Assembly (NCBI GenBank): GCA_038087875.1
Contig: CM075990.1
Location: 5,644,001 to 5,708,000, forward strand
DNA length: 64,000 nt
Direction of reading: 5' to 3'
From: Malacoraja senta
Lineage: Eukaryota
In this document: piece after piece, positions 1-11,228 of the stretch
Numbering within the stretch: position 1 is the first letter of the stretch
Layout: the number at the start of each line of letters is the position of its first letter
Translations under genes and position numbers: made by a program
The notes under the pieces: generated by a model
What the model saw: the letters and a program-made list of their open reading frames with translations, nothing else
What the model was told of the DNA's origin: nothing
The model's database searches: none

Positions 1-231
1 AATCCACAAATGCAAGGAAACTGCTTCCCTCGTGTTGAATGAAGCAAAATTAAATTTGAGGCCTTTATCCATTCCCACAGAGCCATCTAAACCACCTTGG
101 GCTAACTGCTAGTTAATAGGTTTAGGAATAAATTAGATAATAAACAGATCAATAGCATTTGAAGAGTTGCGAGTTTGGAGATTCTGCCCTGTGATCTATT
201 GCCAACAACTAATTCATGTGTTACCTTCCAG

Positions 232-366
232 TATCCTTTGGCCTTTTCACTTAACTTCAGTAAGTGGACGTGTAGACACCCCTGGATGTTCAGGCTCTTG
301 GCTGGCATGGATGTGTCTGAGCTTACAGCACCTTGTGACTTGATCACAAAAGGCATCAGACTGTTG
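232..366 (+). CDS. PALD1: Paladin internal coding exon (YPLAFSLNFSKWTCRHPWMFRLLAGMDVSELTAPCDLITKGIRLL)
   Basis: Acceptor ttaccttccAG (230-231) and donor GTaagt (367). 135 nt, phase 0/0. The peptide matches the recalled paladin segment YPLAFALSFSRW..HP..RL. Confidence 0.9.
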
Positions 367-961
367 GTAAGTTTGAAGCTGAACATTGTGTGTAAGGACT
401 GACAGAGCACCCATATTGTCATCAGCTTTGAGCAAATGCTCTAATCTAACCACTCCCTCTGTTAAGGGATTCCCTTCCTAAATCTCTCAGTTCTACCCCT
501 CCCTTTCCTCCTCTGGTTTTTAAACCCTTTATGATCAAACTAGGTCAGCCATTCTGGCTCACTTTGTTTGATAGCATCCTGTGAAGGGTCTTGCAATGAT
601 TTACTATATTAAAGGTGTTACATAAATGGAGCGTATTGGTGTGTATTTTATTTGATTCCAGAAATTTTCCACAACAGGCTACAAAATAAATCCCCATCTT
701 TTATTTGAGGGGCATTGTGTCAGGAATGTCTATGATTTTGGTTTTGGAGGATACTCTGTGAACTCTGCTTAGTCTTTCATACTATCCAGACATTGCCGTC
801 TTTCTATCTCCATCTAGATTATACTGAACTATTACTAGGCCATTAGCCTGATACTAAACTCCTTTCCCATGGCTACAGGCATCTTGCTGCTTACACTGCA
901 ATAAGTTAACTTAGCTCCTTCCTGGAACTGCACTGCTCTCATGAACTTTCATTGTCACCTT

Positions 962-1180
962 TAGTTTGGTTTAGTTTAGAGATACAGCGCGGAAACAGGC
1001 CCTTCGGCCCACCGAGTCCTCGCTGACCAGCGATCCCCGCACACTGACACTATCCTATGGTCACGGGGAGAACGTACAAACTCTGCAAAGTCAGCACCTG
1101 TAGTCGGGATCGAACCCGGGTCTCTGGCGCTGAAAGCGCTGTAAGGCTGCAACTCTGCCGCTGTTCCACCGTGCCGCCCC
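962..1180 (-). mobile_element. tRNA-derived V-SINE (HE1-like), internally deleted
   Basis: On the minus strand: GGGCGGCACGGTGG head, B-box-like GGTTCGATCCC, CR1-like tail GGGCCGAAGGGCCTGTTTCC and a (CTAAA)n end. Confidence 0.8.
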
Positions 1181-2024
1181 AAATTTTACAACGGCATGAT
1201 GATAATGACTCTATAGAGTACAAAGGGAAACATTTAACTACACCCTGCCACCTCCTCAAAATAGGCGGTTAAGTTAGTCTACACAAACTTCCCTTAACAG
1301 TTCCGTGTCCTTGGTCAAGCTGTGCTTGTCTAAATGAATGTTTTCTCCATCTCTCTCAATTAATTCCTTTCATTTGATCACCACCCAATTACCACTTAAA
1401 CTAACAATTCCGTAGCAGTTTATATCTTCCTGCTAACAAATAGTATGTTGGCAACCCTGTAATCCTCTGGCACTTCTCCAGCAATCAGAGGGGATTGAAA
1501 CATGATTGTCAAACCCTTTGCAGTTTCCGCCTTTGCTGCTTTGAGCAGCCCAGAGTACATTTGTGGGTGGGCCTGGCAATTTGTCCACTTTGAAAGATGC
1601 GAGACCCCTTCATGTTTCTTCCTCTATGTCTATTTGTTCAATATTCCACACTCTACCTCTTGAACCATAATATTGTCATCTTGTGAAAACTGCTGCGAGG
1701 TACTCATGGTGCTGTGCCCATAACTTCTGCCTCCACTCACCTTCCAGTTGGCAGTCTGTGAGGCCCGATCCTCTTGTTCTTTGGTGTAATTTACAAAAAC
1801 ATCCAAAGGACTCTCTTGTATTCTAATGTGACTGTGCTGCAGGGGTATTTGTCAAAATAAGCATGTAGGTGAGGTTGATTTATTTTAATAAAGTTACTGT
1901 ATAAATGTTGTTACTGTTAATGGCATAAGACTTGGGAATGGAGGGGAAAGTTAGAAATCAGTAAGGTTACATAGCTGCCTGATTGCTAGTGTACTGTTCA
2001 ATAATGACATTTTCTTTATTTTAG

Positions 2025-2138
2025 CTGGGTGCAGACGAAGCTCCTGATGTTCTCAGCACCGCGAGAGAAATGAAAGTGGCCAATTTTAGAAGGGTTCCAA
2101 AGATGCCAATCTATGGCATGGCACAGCCCAGTTTGGAG
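2025..2138 (+). CDS. PALD1: Paladin internal coding exon (LGADEAPDVLSTAREMKVANFRRVPKMPIYGMAQPSLE)
   Basis: Acceptor tttctttattttAG and donor GTaaag. 114 nt, phase 0/0. VANFRRVP.MPIYG.AQPS is a paladin repeat motif. Not in the ORF track. Confidence 0.95.
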
Positions 2139-2224
2139 GTAAAGTTCTTCCTGTATCTTACTACAACGTGGTGGAGAGTGTTATAACACAATGGTCTTTC
2201 CTCCTTACCACAGGATTTTAGCTC

Positions 2225-2645
2225 GTATTAGAACAAAGAACATAGAAAAGTACAGCACTGGAACAGGCACCACAACCCACAGTGTCTGTGCCGAACATGA
2301 TGCCAAGATAAACTAATCTCCTCTGCCTGCACATGATCCATATCCTTCCATTCTCTGCACATCTATGTGCCTATCTAAAATACTCTTAAATGCTCCTACC
2401 ATATTTGCCTCTAGAGTGTTCCAAGCAGTTACCATTCTCTGTATAAAAAAAAAACTTGTCCAGCACATCTCTTTTAAACTTTGCCCTTCTCACCTTAAGG
2501 TTATGCTTAAAGTCAACTTGTTGCCTTTTCCACCCTGGGTAAAAGATTCTGACTGTCTGCCGTATCTCTGCCTCACATTATATCATAAACGTCTACCAGG
2601 TCTCCGCTCAGCCTCTGACGTTCCATAGAAAACAATCCAAGTTTG
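2225..2645 (-). mobile_element. CR1 LINE 3' fragment, degenerate
   Basis: Similar to the 3' end of ORF2 and 3' UTR of the CR1 at 37975-41411. Confidence 0.6.
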
Positions 2646-3149
2646 ATTATGACATTGTCTTCATTTTGTTTTGCTTTTCTCTTCATTTCTACTTCTTTCT
2701 GTTCTATTTGCTTTGTCTTCCTACTTCTGCCATTGAATGTCTTAATCTCTTTTATTACCTTGGTGATAGTTTGTCTTATGGATCCAGGCCCTTAAGTGTC
2801 ACAGCAAACACTTATTTTTAATGGTATTAATACACCATTTAAAGGCTCTTTGCAAATCCTGCACAAGTCAAGTCAAATTTGGAATTGCATCACCATCATT
2901 CACCTAAAGGAAAAAAAAAAGAATTTTGTTAATTGGGTTGTTAAAATATCAGATGAGAATGTGGGAGACACAGTACCTGTGCTTGCTAGCACATGGGAAT
3001 TAGGTAATTTAAAAATGTCATTTTGAAAGGGCAGATATACTGTAGGCTGATATCTGCAACATCTGGGAGCACAGAATTGAGAGACTACTTGGTCTCATTA
3101 CACTGTCATAAAATCGCATTAGGTCTGGTTAAAATTCACTATTTACAAG

Positions 3150-3620
3150 GGCCAGTCTGAAGAAGGGTCCCATTCCAAAACATTGCTTATCCACGTTCTC
3201 CAGAGATGCTGCCTGACCCGTTGAGTTACTTCAGCACTTTGGGCTGGCTTGGATAGGCACCAATGGGAAAGTCTAGGACTAGAGGCCACAGACTCAGAAT
3301 TAAAGGCTGTTCCTTTAGGAAGGTGAGGAGTAATTTCGTTAGTTAGAGGGTGGTGAATCTGTGGAATTCTTTGCCACAGAAGGCTGTGGAGGCCATCAAT
3401 GGATATTTTTAAGGCAGAGATAGATAGATTCTTGATTAGTGTGCGTGTCAAGGGTTATGAGGAGAAGGCAGGAGAATGAGTTTAGGAGGGAGAGATAGAT
3501 CAGCCATGATTGAATGGTGGGGTAGAGACTTGATGGGCGAAATGGCCTAATTCTGCTCATGTCTCTCATGACCTTGTGTTTTTTTTATAAACTAGTATCT
3601 GCAGGTCCTTGTGCCTACAT
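3150..3620 (+). mobile_element. Penelope-derived terminal repeat interrupted by a CR1 3' fragment (about 3255-3570)
   Basis: CAGTCTGAAGAAGGG...AGATGCTGCCTGACC..., then CR1 text (GTGGTGAATCTGTGGAATTC), then the PLE tail resumes at about 3575. Confidence 0.65.
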
Positions 3621-3877
3621 TTCATAATTTACACATTTGATGCTAAAAGTGTTGAAAAACTGTCAAAATAAAACTCTGAGGGGAATAAGGCAATGTTTCA
3701 AATGAACAATATCATTTGAACTGTCAGTCGCTTAATGAATATCTGATGTAAAATCACTATTTTATTCAACCACATTTAATGTGGATGAAGAAATGAACAG
3801 AAATTCAAAACTGTTGTTTAACATTTTGAAAATTTGACCTGGAAGATTAAAAGTCAGGACCATAATCTGCAACTCTT

Positions 3878-4187
3878 AGTTTTTTGTTTTAGAAATACAG
3901 TGCGGAAATAGGCCCTTCGGCCACCGAGACTGCACTGACCAGCGGTCCCCACACACTAACACTTCCCTACACACATAGGGAGAATTTTACATTTATACCA
4001 AGCCAATTAAACCTACAAACCTGTATGTCTTTGGAGTGTGGGAGGAAACTGAAGATCTCGGAGAAAACCCACGCAGGTCACGGGGAGAACGTACAAACTC
4101 CGTAGAGATAAGCACTTGTAGTCAGGATCAAACCCGGTTCTCTGGCGCTGTAAGGCAGTAGCTCTACCCATGCACCACCGTGCACCC
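3878..4187 (-). mobile_element. V-SINE (HE1-like)
   Basis: Aligns by eye to the copies at 16920, 20095 and 61366. V-domain GGTTTCCTCCCACACTCCAAAGAC on the minus strand. Confidence 0.85.
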
Positions 4188-4270
4188 AATTTAAGTGTGA
4201 TTCTCTCACTGATGGTTAAATCAAATGAGACCTGTCGGTATCACCAACTTGAATCATTTCCTACTGACAG

Positions 4271-4450
4271 GCATGTGGCTTGGTCCTGAGTTACCTGACG
4301 GAGAGCAAGAGGAACTACACCAACATTCTTTGGATGACTCTGCGAGACGAAGTGGTGCTGGAAGGGAACGGCCAAATGTACACTCCCCGGGAACCGTCCT
4401 GCTTCGAGCGGCCAATCCGTGTACCTACGGAGTCACCAGAGCAATTGGAG
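4271..4450 (+). CDS. PALD1: Paladin internal coding exon (ACGLVLSYLTESKRNYTNILWMTLRDEVVLEGNGQMYTPREPSCFERPIRVPTESPEQLE)
   Basis: Acceptor ctgacAG and donor GTgagt. 180 nt, phase 0/0. W..LR.E.V.E..G..Y motif. Confidence 0.93.
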
Positions 4451-4757
4451 GTGAGTAATCTTTGCAAGGTTTGCTTGAAATTAATAACATCAAGCATTCA
4501 AAATTGGGATAACATAGAACTAGTGTGAACGGGTGATGGATGGTCAGCGTAGACTCGGTGGGCTAAAGGGTCCGTTTCCATCTGTATCTTTCAATTAATC
4601 ATCTGCAGATATGGTTGTTCCCCCTATTATCTGAATAACGATTGTCTCCATGAAAACAGATGTGCAGATTTAATATAAAACATGAAAGACAAGCACTTGC
4701 TTTATATAACACTTTTCTCAGCTTCAGGAGGTAAAAAAACAACTAAATAATCAATGA

Positions 4758-4980
4758 GGGTAGACTAAATTGCTGGAAACCTCAGCGGGTGCAGCAGCAT
4801 CTATGGAGCGAAGGAAATAGGCAACGTTTCGGGCCAAAACCCTTCTTCAGACTGATGAAATTGTCTGATACAGTCTATTTCCTATTTCCTTCGCTCCATA
4901 GATGCTGCCGCACCCGCTGAATTTCTCCAGCAATTTTGTCTACCTTCGATTCTCCAGTGTCTGCAGTTCCTTCTTGAACA
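4758..4980. mobile_element. Penelope-derived fold-back non-autonomous element
   Basis: Inverted arms GTAGAC...GTCTAC. Hammerhead-like core on the minus strand at 4823-4850. Flanking direct repeat AACT(A/T)AATAATCAATGA at 4741-4757 and 4981-4997. Confidence 0.75.
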
Positions 4981-5169
4981 AACTTAATAATCAATGAATT
5001 GCTTTTGAAGTCACTATTGAAAAATAGTTACAAAATGAACTGAAGTTACTTTCTGACACCTACGTCCACTACCAAGAAGGACAAGCCCAGAGGTGCATGT
5101 GAACACTGCCCCCAAAGAAAATAGAAACATAGAAAATAGGTGCAGGAGGAGGCCATTTGGCCCTTCGAG

Positions 5170-5735
5170 CGTGCACCCAACAGGATCGTTTCACTGAACA
5201 CCTTCGCTCAGTCCGCCTGAACCTACCTGATCTCCCGGTTACTAAACACTTTATTTCTCCTTCCCATTCCCACACTGGCCTTTCTGTCTTAGACCTCCTC
5301 CATTGTCAGAGTGAGGCTAAATGCAAATTGGAGGAACAGCATCTTGTATTTAGCTTAGGCAGTTTTCAGCCCAGTGATATGAATATTAATTTCTCTAACT
5401 TCAAGTAACCCCAGCATTCCCTCCCTCTCGCTCCCTCTCCCTCTCTATCTCTCTCTCTCTCTCCCTCTCTCTCTCTCTCTCTATCCCTCTCCCACCTAAG
5501 TCGCACCAGCTTCTAATTTTTCACCCAACAAACAGCTAACAATGGCCTGTTTCTTTTATATTTGTTACTTTTTTGCATTCATTGTTCTATATCTCTCAAC
5601 ATCATCGTCTATATCTCTCGATTCCCTTTTCCCTAACTAGTCTGAAGAAGGGTCTCGACCCGAAACGTCACCCATTCCTTCTCTCCAGAGATGCTGCCTG
5701 TCCCGCTGAGTTACACCGGCCTTTTGTGTCTATTA
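5170..5735 (+). mobile_element. Penelope-like element 3' fragment (GIY-YIG C-terminus plus terminal repeat with hammerhead-like motif)
   Basis: ORF 5157-5408 (DRFTEHLRSVR...KLEEQHLVFSLGSFQPSDMNINFSNFK) is homologous to 8494-8868. Intact core motif at 5642-5669. Confidence 0.85.
5642..5669 (+). ncRNA. Minimal type I hammerhead-ribozyme-like motif (best sense-strand copy)
   Basis: CUGAAGA-A-GGGU[CUCG]ACCC-GAAA-CG-UC gives the CUGAnGA, helix II, GAAA, palindromic ACGU and UH elements. Helix I is only about 2 bp. Confidence 0.6.
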
Positions 5736-6115
5736 GGTTTATTGCCAAGTCGTACACTGTCCTGACTTGGAAGTATATTGCTGGTCTTTCTTCCTCACTG
5801 TATCTTACCCCCGGGACTCCCCGTCCACCAGCACTGCGGGAGCACTGCATCACACTGGCAACAGTGACTCAAGAGGCCAACTCACCACCACACCCCCAGG
5901 GTAGTCCGGGATCGGTAGCAAACGCTTATCTTGCCAGCAATGTCCACGCTACAAAAGGTGAAAGAAGCCACTGATTTGTGTTTGGGATGAGCAGAAGCCA
6001 TCCCAGTTTGTCTCTTTGATGGGGGGTAAAGCCAGCTTAAAGGTTCCCATCAACCGAAAAGCAGATGAATATAATTCTGGGTTTTGTTAATTGCACGGTT
6101 TTATTTTTCTCGAAG

Positions 6116-6313
6116 GAACTAGAGAGCAGCCTTAAAAATGAGATCCTGGCATCGCAGAAGTTGCTTGAAGTGCGCGCTGGCCGGGAGAAGCAGATGAAAC
6201 TGTTTAAAAGCTGCCTCACCATGCAGGAGATTTTCAACCAGCTTAAAGCTTCCCATCCAGGCCTGGTTTACAGACGTATACCCATCCTGGACTGTGGCGC
6301 TCCGAGAGAAACG
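6116..6313 (+). CDS. PALD1: Paladin internal coding exon (ELESSLKNEIL...KSCLTMQEIFNQ...GLVYRRIPILDCGAPRET)
   Basis: Acceptor ttatttttctcgaAG and donor GTaatt. 198 nt, phase 0/0. CLTMQE.F and Y.RIP..D..APRE motifs. Confidence 0.93.
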
Positions 6314-6523
6314 GTAATTATAACGGGGTATTATAGTTGAGAGAGAACTACAGAAAGTGTCTCTTTGGTGGAGTAAAGCCAGAGGCAGTGGATGTTTGTT
6401 CTGATGCCACAGTGCCCTACATGGTGGCATTTAGCTCTCCCCTCCCTGCAGTCTGAGCCTACAGAGTTATTGCTTCATGCTGATGCCCAGCTTACCATTT
6501 AGCATCTAACTCTTGTGTCCAGC

Positions 6524-6730
6524 TGTGGTGCAGCAGGTAGAGCTGCTGCCTCACAGCGCCAGAGATCCAGGCTCAATCCTGACCTTGGGTGCTGTCTGTG
6601 TTGAGTTTGCATGTTCTCCCTGTGGCCACGTGGGTTTCCACATGGTGCTCTGGTTTCCTCCCACATCCCAGAGACGTGCGGGTTTATAAGTTAATTGACC
6701 TCTATAAATTGTCCCTAGGGTGCAGGGTGT
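6524..6730 (+). mobile_element. V-SINE, older subfamily
   Basis: GTGGTGCAGCAGGTAGAGCTGCTGCCTCACAGCGCCAGAGA head and V-domain. Confidence 0.75.
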
Positions 6731-7489
6731 GGATGGGAAAATGGAATAATTCAATGTACATAATTAATTGTAAGTTGCGTACAGTAGGAAAAATGTGTTG
6801 TGACGTTTGGCTTTTTAATCTGTGACTTTACTGGGCATCAGTGAAAAATCCAGTTGTTCACCTGGAACAGTAAAATATAGCTAGTGGCTGTCTCAGCTTA
6901 GAACGGTAGAAGACCAACTAACTGCCCAGTAACATACACGTTATCACCCAGTAATGAAATAATAACGGGTGGAGACATAGCCATGAACATCCATGCCTTG
7001 CATCTTTTGTCCTTTACTCTGGCTTCCACGTTGCCATGGGGAACAGACCATCCTCTCCCTCTGCATCAATGATCCAACCAGTCAATGGATACCTGTTTAC
7101 ACCCAGATGGGGGCAGTGGGCTTGCCTTACATTTTTCTGTGTGTGGGTGTTTTGACATGCATATGTTTATTTCTGAAGCAGACAAATGAAACAGTTTGGT
7201 CCTATAAGATCTCAACGTGTGAAATGGTTTTGGTTAAACCTCTGCTAATCATAGTGATGCCACGTGCACCCATCCCCTTCAATTTTGTGTCCACTTTTAA
7301 TCATCTCAGGAGGCATTGAGGCTCGGCAGTTACTATTGCGCCCTCTAGCGATCTAGGTTCGATCTTGATATGAGGAGCTGTGTAAAGTTTCCACCGTCTC
7401 CCTGGGTGCTCTGGTTTCCTCCCATAGCCCAGAGATATGCTTGGACAGTTAATTAGCCACTGTAAATGACCCCTAGTGTAGCAGATTAA

Positions 7490-8245
7490 TGTGAGGTGTT
7501 GCATGTTTGGAAGTCAAACCAGGACAGGACCTTCACAGTAAATGGCAGGATTATGGACAGTCTTGCAGAGCAGACTGATCTCATATAACAGGTACATAGT
7601 TCCTTGAAAGTGGCATTGTAGGTAGAAAGAGTGGTCAAGAAGTCCTTTGGTACATTGGCCTCCATCGTCAGGGTATTAAGTGTACAAGTTGGTGATGTTA
7701 CAACTGTACAAGGTGCTGGTGAGGCTATAGGTGGAGTATTGTGTTCAGTTTTGGGCACCCTGCTATAGGAAAAATATTGTTAAGCTGCAAAGAGTACAGA
7801 GAAGATCTACAAGGATGTTGCCAGGACTTGAGGGAAAGGGTTATAGGGAGAGGTTGGGCAGGCTAGGACTTTATTCCTTGGAGCGTACGTAGTAAGGAGA
7901 GAAGTGATCTTATAGAGGTGTGTAAGATCAGGGTGGGAATAGATAGGTAGATGCACAGAATTTTTTTAACCCAAAGTTGGGGGATCAAGAACTAGAGGGC
8001 ATAGGTTTAAGGTGAGAGGGGGAATATTTAATAGGAATTAGGGGAAACCTTTCACACAGAGGGTGGTGTGTATGTAGAATGAGCTGCTAGAGGACGTAGT
8101 TAAGATGGAAACTATAACAACATTTAAAAGACATTTGGACATGTACATGATAGGCAGGGAGGACTAGTGTAGATGGGGCACCCCTAGTTGCAGGGGACAA
8201 GCTGGGCAGAAGAGCCTGTTTCTGTGCTGTATGACTCTATGACTA
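7490..8245 (+). mobile_element. CR1 LINE 3' fragment, degenerate (a V-SINE relic at about 7315-7485 precedes it)
   Basis: Decayed RT C-terminus (GAGTATTGTGTTCAGTTTTGG; GGACTTTATTCCTTGGAGCG) and a TATGACTC-type tail. Confidence 0.8.
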
Positions 8246-8544
8246 ACAATCAAAAGAGAGATGATGAGCATGCGTGAAACAATACTTTACAGAACCACAG
8301 GGAAATAAGAAGCGAAGTTTGACCCATGGGGTCCTTCTCTGTCTTTGTAAGTAACCACATTGCATTGATACTATCAGAAGAGATACTTGTATTATAACAC
8401 ACCTTTCAAGACACAAGAACACCATAAATATTTTACAACCAGTCAAGTAAATGTAATCACTGGTCTAATGTGGGAATGGATCCCTTGTAGTATTTGAATT
8501 GTTCATCCAGAGAGAGCCAACCTTCACAAATACACCCCCAAACA

Positions 8545-9102
8545 TTACAAAACACATTTTACACCTCCTCCAACCTCATCTATTGCATCCACTGCTCTAG
8601 ATGCCAGCTGCTCTACATCGGTGAGACCAAGCGTAGGCTTGGCGATCGCTTCGCCGAACACTTCCGCTCGGTCCGCAATAACCAACCTGATCTCCCGGCG
8701 GCTCAGCACTTCAACTCCCCCTCCCAATCCGAATCTGACCTTTCTGTCCTGGGCCTCCTCCACGGCCAGAGTGAGGACCACTGGAAATTGGAGGAGCAGC
8801 ACTTCATATTTCGCATGGGCAGTTTATACCCCAGCGGTATGAACATTGACTTCTCCAATTTCAGGTAGCCCTCACTGTCTCCTCCCCTTCTCAGCTCTCC
8901 CTCAGCCCTCTGGCTCCTCCTCCTCCTTTCTTCTACCCCCCCCCCCCCCCCCACCCCACATCAGTCTGAAGAAGGGTTTCAGGCCAAAACGTTGCCTATT
9001 TCCTTCGCTCCATAGATGCTGCCTCACCCACTGAGTTTCTCCTTCTACCTTCGTCTTTTGTCTACCTTCAATTTTCCAGCATCTGCAGTTCCTTCTTAAA
9101 CA
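8545..9102 (+). mobile_element. Penelope-like element 3' fragment encoding a GIY-YIG endonuclease
   Basis: SSNLIYCIHCSRCQLLYIGETKRRLGDRFAEH...HFN...LEEQHFIFRMGSLYPSGMN, followed by the terminal repeat with a decayed hammerhead-like core at about 8966. Confidence 0.9.
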
Positions 9103-9119
9103 CTTTAAATCAAGCCTAT

Positions 9120-9410
9120 TTGTTTAGTTTAGTTTAGAGATACAGATACAGGCCCTTCAGCCCACTGAGTCCGCACTTTCCAGCGATCCCAGCACATTAA
9201 CACTATACACACACTAGGGACAATTTACAATTTTACCAAGCCAATTAGCCTAAAAACCTGTATGTCTTTGGAGTGTGGGAGGAAACCGGAGAAAACGTCA
9301 TGGGGAGAATGTGCAAACTCTGTCCCGACAGCACCCGTAGTCAGGATCGAACCCGGGCCTCTGGTGCTGTAAGGCAGCAACTCTACCGCTACACCACCAT
9401 GCCTCCCCAT
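9120..9410 (-). mobile_element. V-SINE (HE1-like)
   Basis: Same head, V-domain and tail as the other copies. Confidence 0.85.
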
Positions 9411-10272
9411 TTGTATTCAAGCAAGTAGGCAATCTCCAACTGTAGGCAAGCAAATCTTCTCACCCCACTGGAAATTATTTTTATTCACTGGCTTTGCTTG
9501 AACTGTAGTGAAGGAGAGATCTCGCTGGCATTACTCTGGAAACGTGACACTTTTGCTCAGCCAAGCCAGAATGACTAATGACTACAAACTTGCAATATCA
9601 CCAGGTGTCATTCACCAGGCGTGAATACCTGAGAAAGAAAACCAAATGCAGCTCTCAGAGTAAATCTGTTCAAATTATTTCACAGCTGCAGTTACCCCAA
9701 CCAACCCTACAATTTCCCTTCCTTTAACTCTGTGTGTTCCATTTCCAGATCTAATTTGACATTGCCTATCCCACACTTCATCTATTTTACAATGCTAAGT
9801 CCACACTGACCATCCTTATCTAAGTGACAATCTTCACAGGTATATGTAGGCTATTGAAGAAACGAGGAACTGCAGAAGATGGTTTGCAATAGAAGATTCT
9901 ATGCTGGAGTAGCTCAGTAGGTCAGGCAGCATCAGAAAAGAAAATGGATAGGTGCCATTTTGGGCCGAGTCTCCTCTTCAGTCAGAAGAAGGATATTGAC
10001 CCAAAACTTCACCTATGTATGTCCTCCTCAAATGCTGCCTAACCCGCTGAGCGACTCTAGCACAGTTTTTTCTGCGGATTATTAAACTTGTCTTCACCTG
10101 ATACTCAGGATCCTGCACACCACAAAATACCCAAATGTTAGACACAGCATGACATTTCAATGCAAGAAAGGATAATAATTGACAGAAGCTTTTGTAAGAT
10201 AAACTTTGAGAACTTCTGTCTGGATTCTTAAGATGTTTCTCATTAATCACAGAATTTTTGATTTCCCTCAAG

Positions 10273-10413
10273 GACTTTGATAAGTTGATGGAAGCCATAA
10301 AAATGGTTTTGACAGAAGCTTCCTGTTCAGCGGTTGTCATTAACTGCCACAGTGGAAAAGGAAGGACAACAACGGCCATGGTGATCTCTGTGCTCATTTT
10401 CTGGCACATCAAG
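10273..10413 (+). CDS. PALD1: Paladin internal coding exon with PTP-like CX5R motif (DFDKLMEAIK...VVINCHSGKGRTTTAMVISVLIFWHIK)
   Basis: Acceptor tttccctcaAG and donor GTtggt. 141 nt, phase 0/0. C..G.GRTTTAMV is the C-terminal phosphatase-type motif of paladin. Confidence 0.95.
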
Positions 10414-10599
10414 GTTGGTGATTGTATAATGGTCACCAGGTCATTGATGACTGTGTGATGTGAAAGTGGGAGAAGATAGAACTAGTGTGAACTGGTGATC
10501 AATGGTGGGCATGGACTCGGTGGGCTGAAGGGCCTGATTCCATCCTGCATCTTTCAATTGATCAATAGCGGCATTAAAAAGAGAGCTTGAAGTTAAGAA

Positions 10600-11228
10600 G
10601 TCTTATCTCTTCCCTGTTCTTTGTTCTTCTCCCGCGGTCAAGCAGTCAAACTGCTGCATTGAGGCGATCGAGGCTCTTGATGTTAGAGCCTCCGGCGGGC
10701 GATGGTAAGTCCCATGGCCATTTAAGCCGCGCCGGGTGATGTAAGGCCCTGCTCCGGGTCGATTTAAACCCCGCGATTCGGGCGGGAGAAGTTGCCGTTG
10801 CAGGAGCTCCGAAAGGCGGTCTCCCACCAGGGACCTGCGAGCTCCCGATGTTACCGTCCACAGGGCCTGCGTCCGGAGCCTCCGAAGCTCCGAAGTCAGG
10901 TGCAGCCGCAGCACCACCTCAGCCTCTGAAGTCAGATAGTTCCGCGATGGTGAGTCCGCAGGCTCTACGACTGGAGCCCTCAGGTTGGTTCCAGTTGAAG
11001 GCCGCCAGCTCCACGTTGTTAGGCCCCAACGACAACGGAGACACAACAGGGAAAAGGTTGCGTCCCCGTTCAGGGAAGAGATTAAAAGGTTTCCCCCACC
11101 CCCCCCCCCCCACATATACACAGCTAAAAAGTAAACCAAAAACATACACCTAAAGGGACAAAAAGAAAGAAAAAGACAGACGGACTGCAGTCCAGCCGCT
11201 GCCACAAGGCGCCGCCACACCGCCACTT
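10600..11228 (-). repeat. CpG-rich unclassified interspersed repeat
   Basis: Abrupt GC/CpG-rich block with a poly-C tract inside an AT-rich intron. Its ORFs show no recognisable domain. Confidence 0.45.

Noticed and set aside
1..8. AATCCACA FoxH1-type site (PALD1 neighbours NODAL in other vertebrates)
   Set aside because: An isolated 8-mer at the window edge; a few occurrences in 64 kb are expected by chance.
10603..11226. 207-aa ORF as a nested gene
   Set aside because: Non-ATG start, GC-rich repeat-like context, and no domain or splice evidence.
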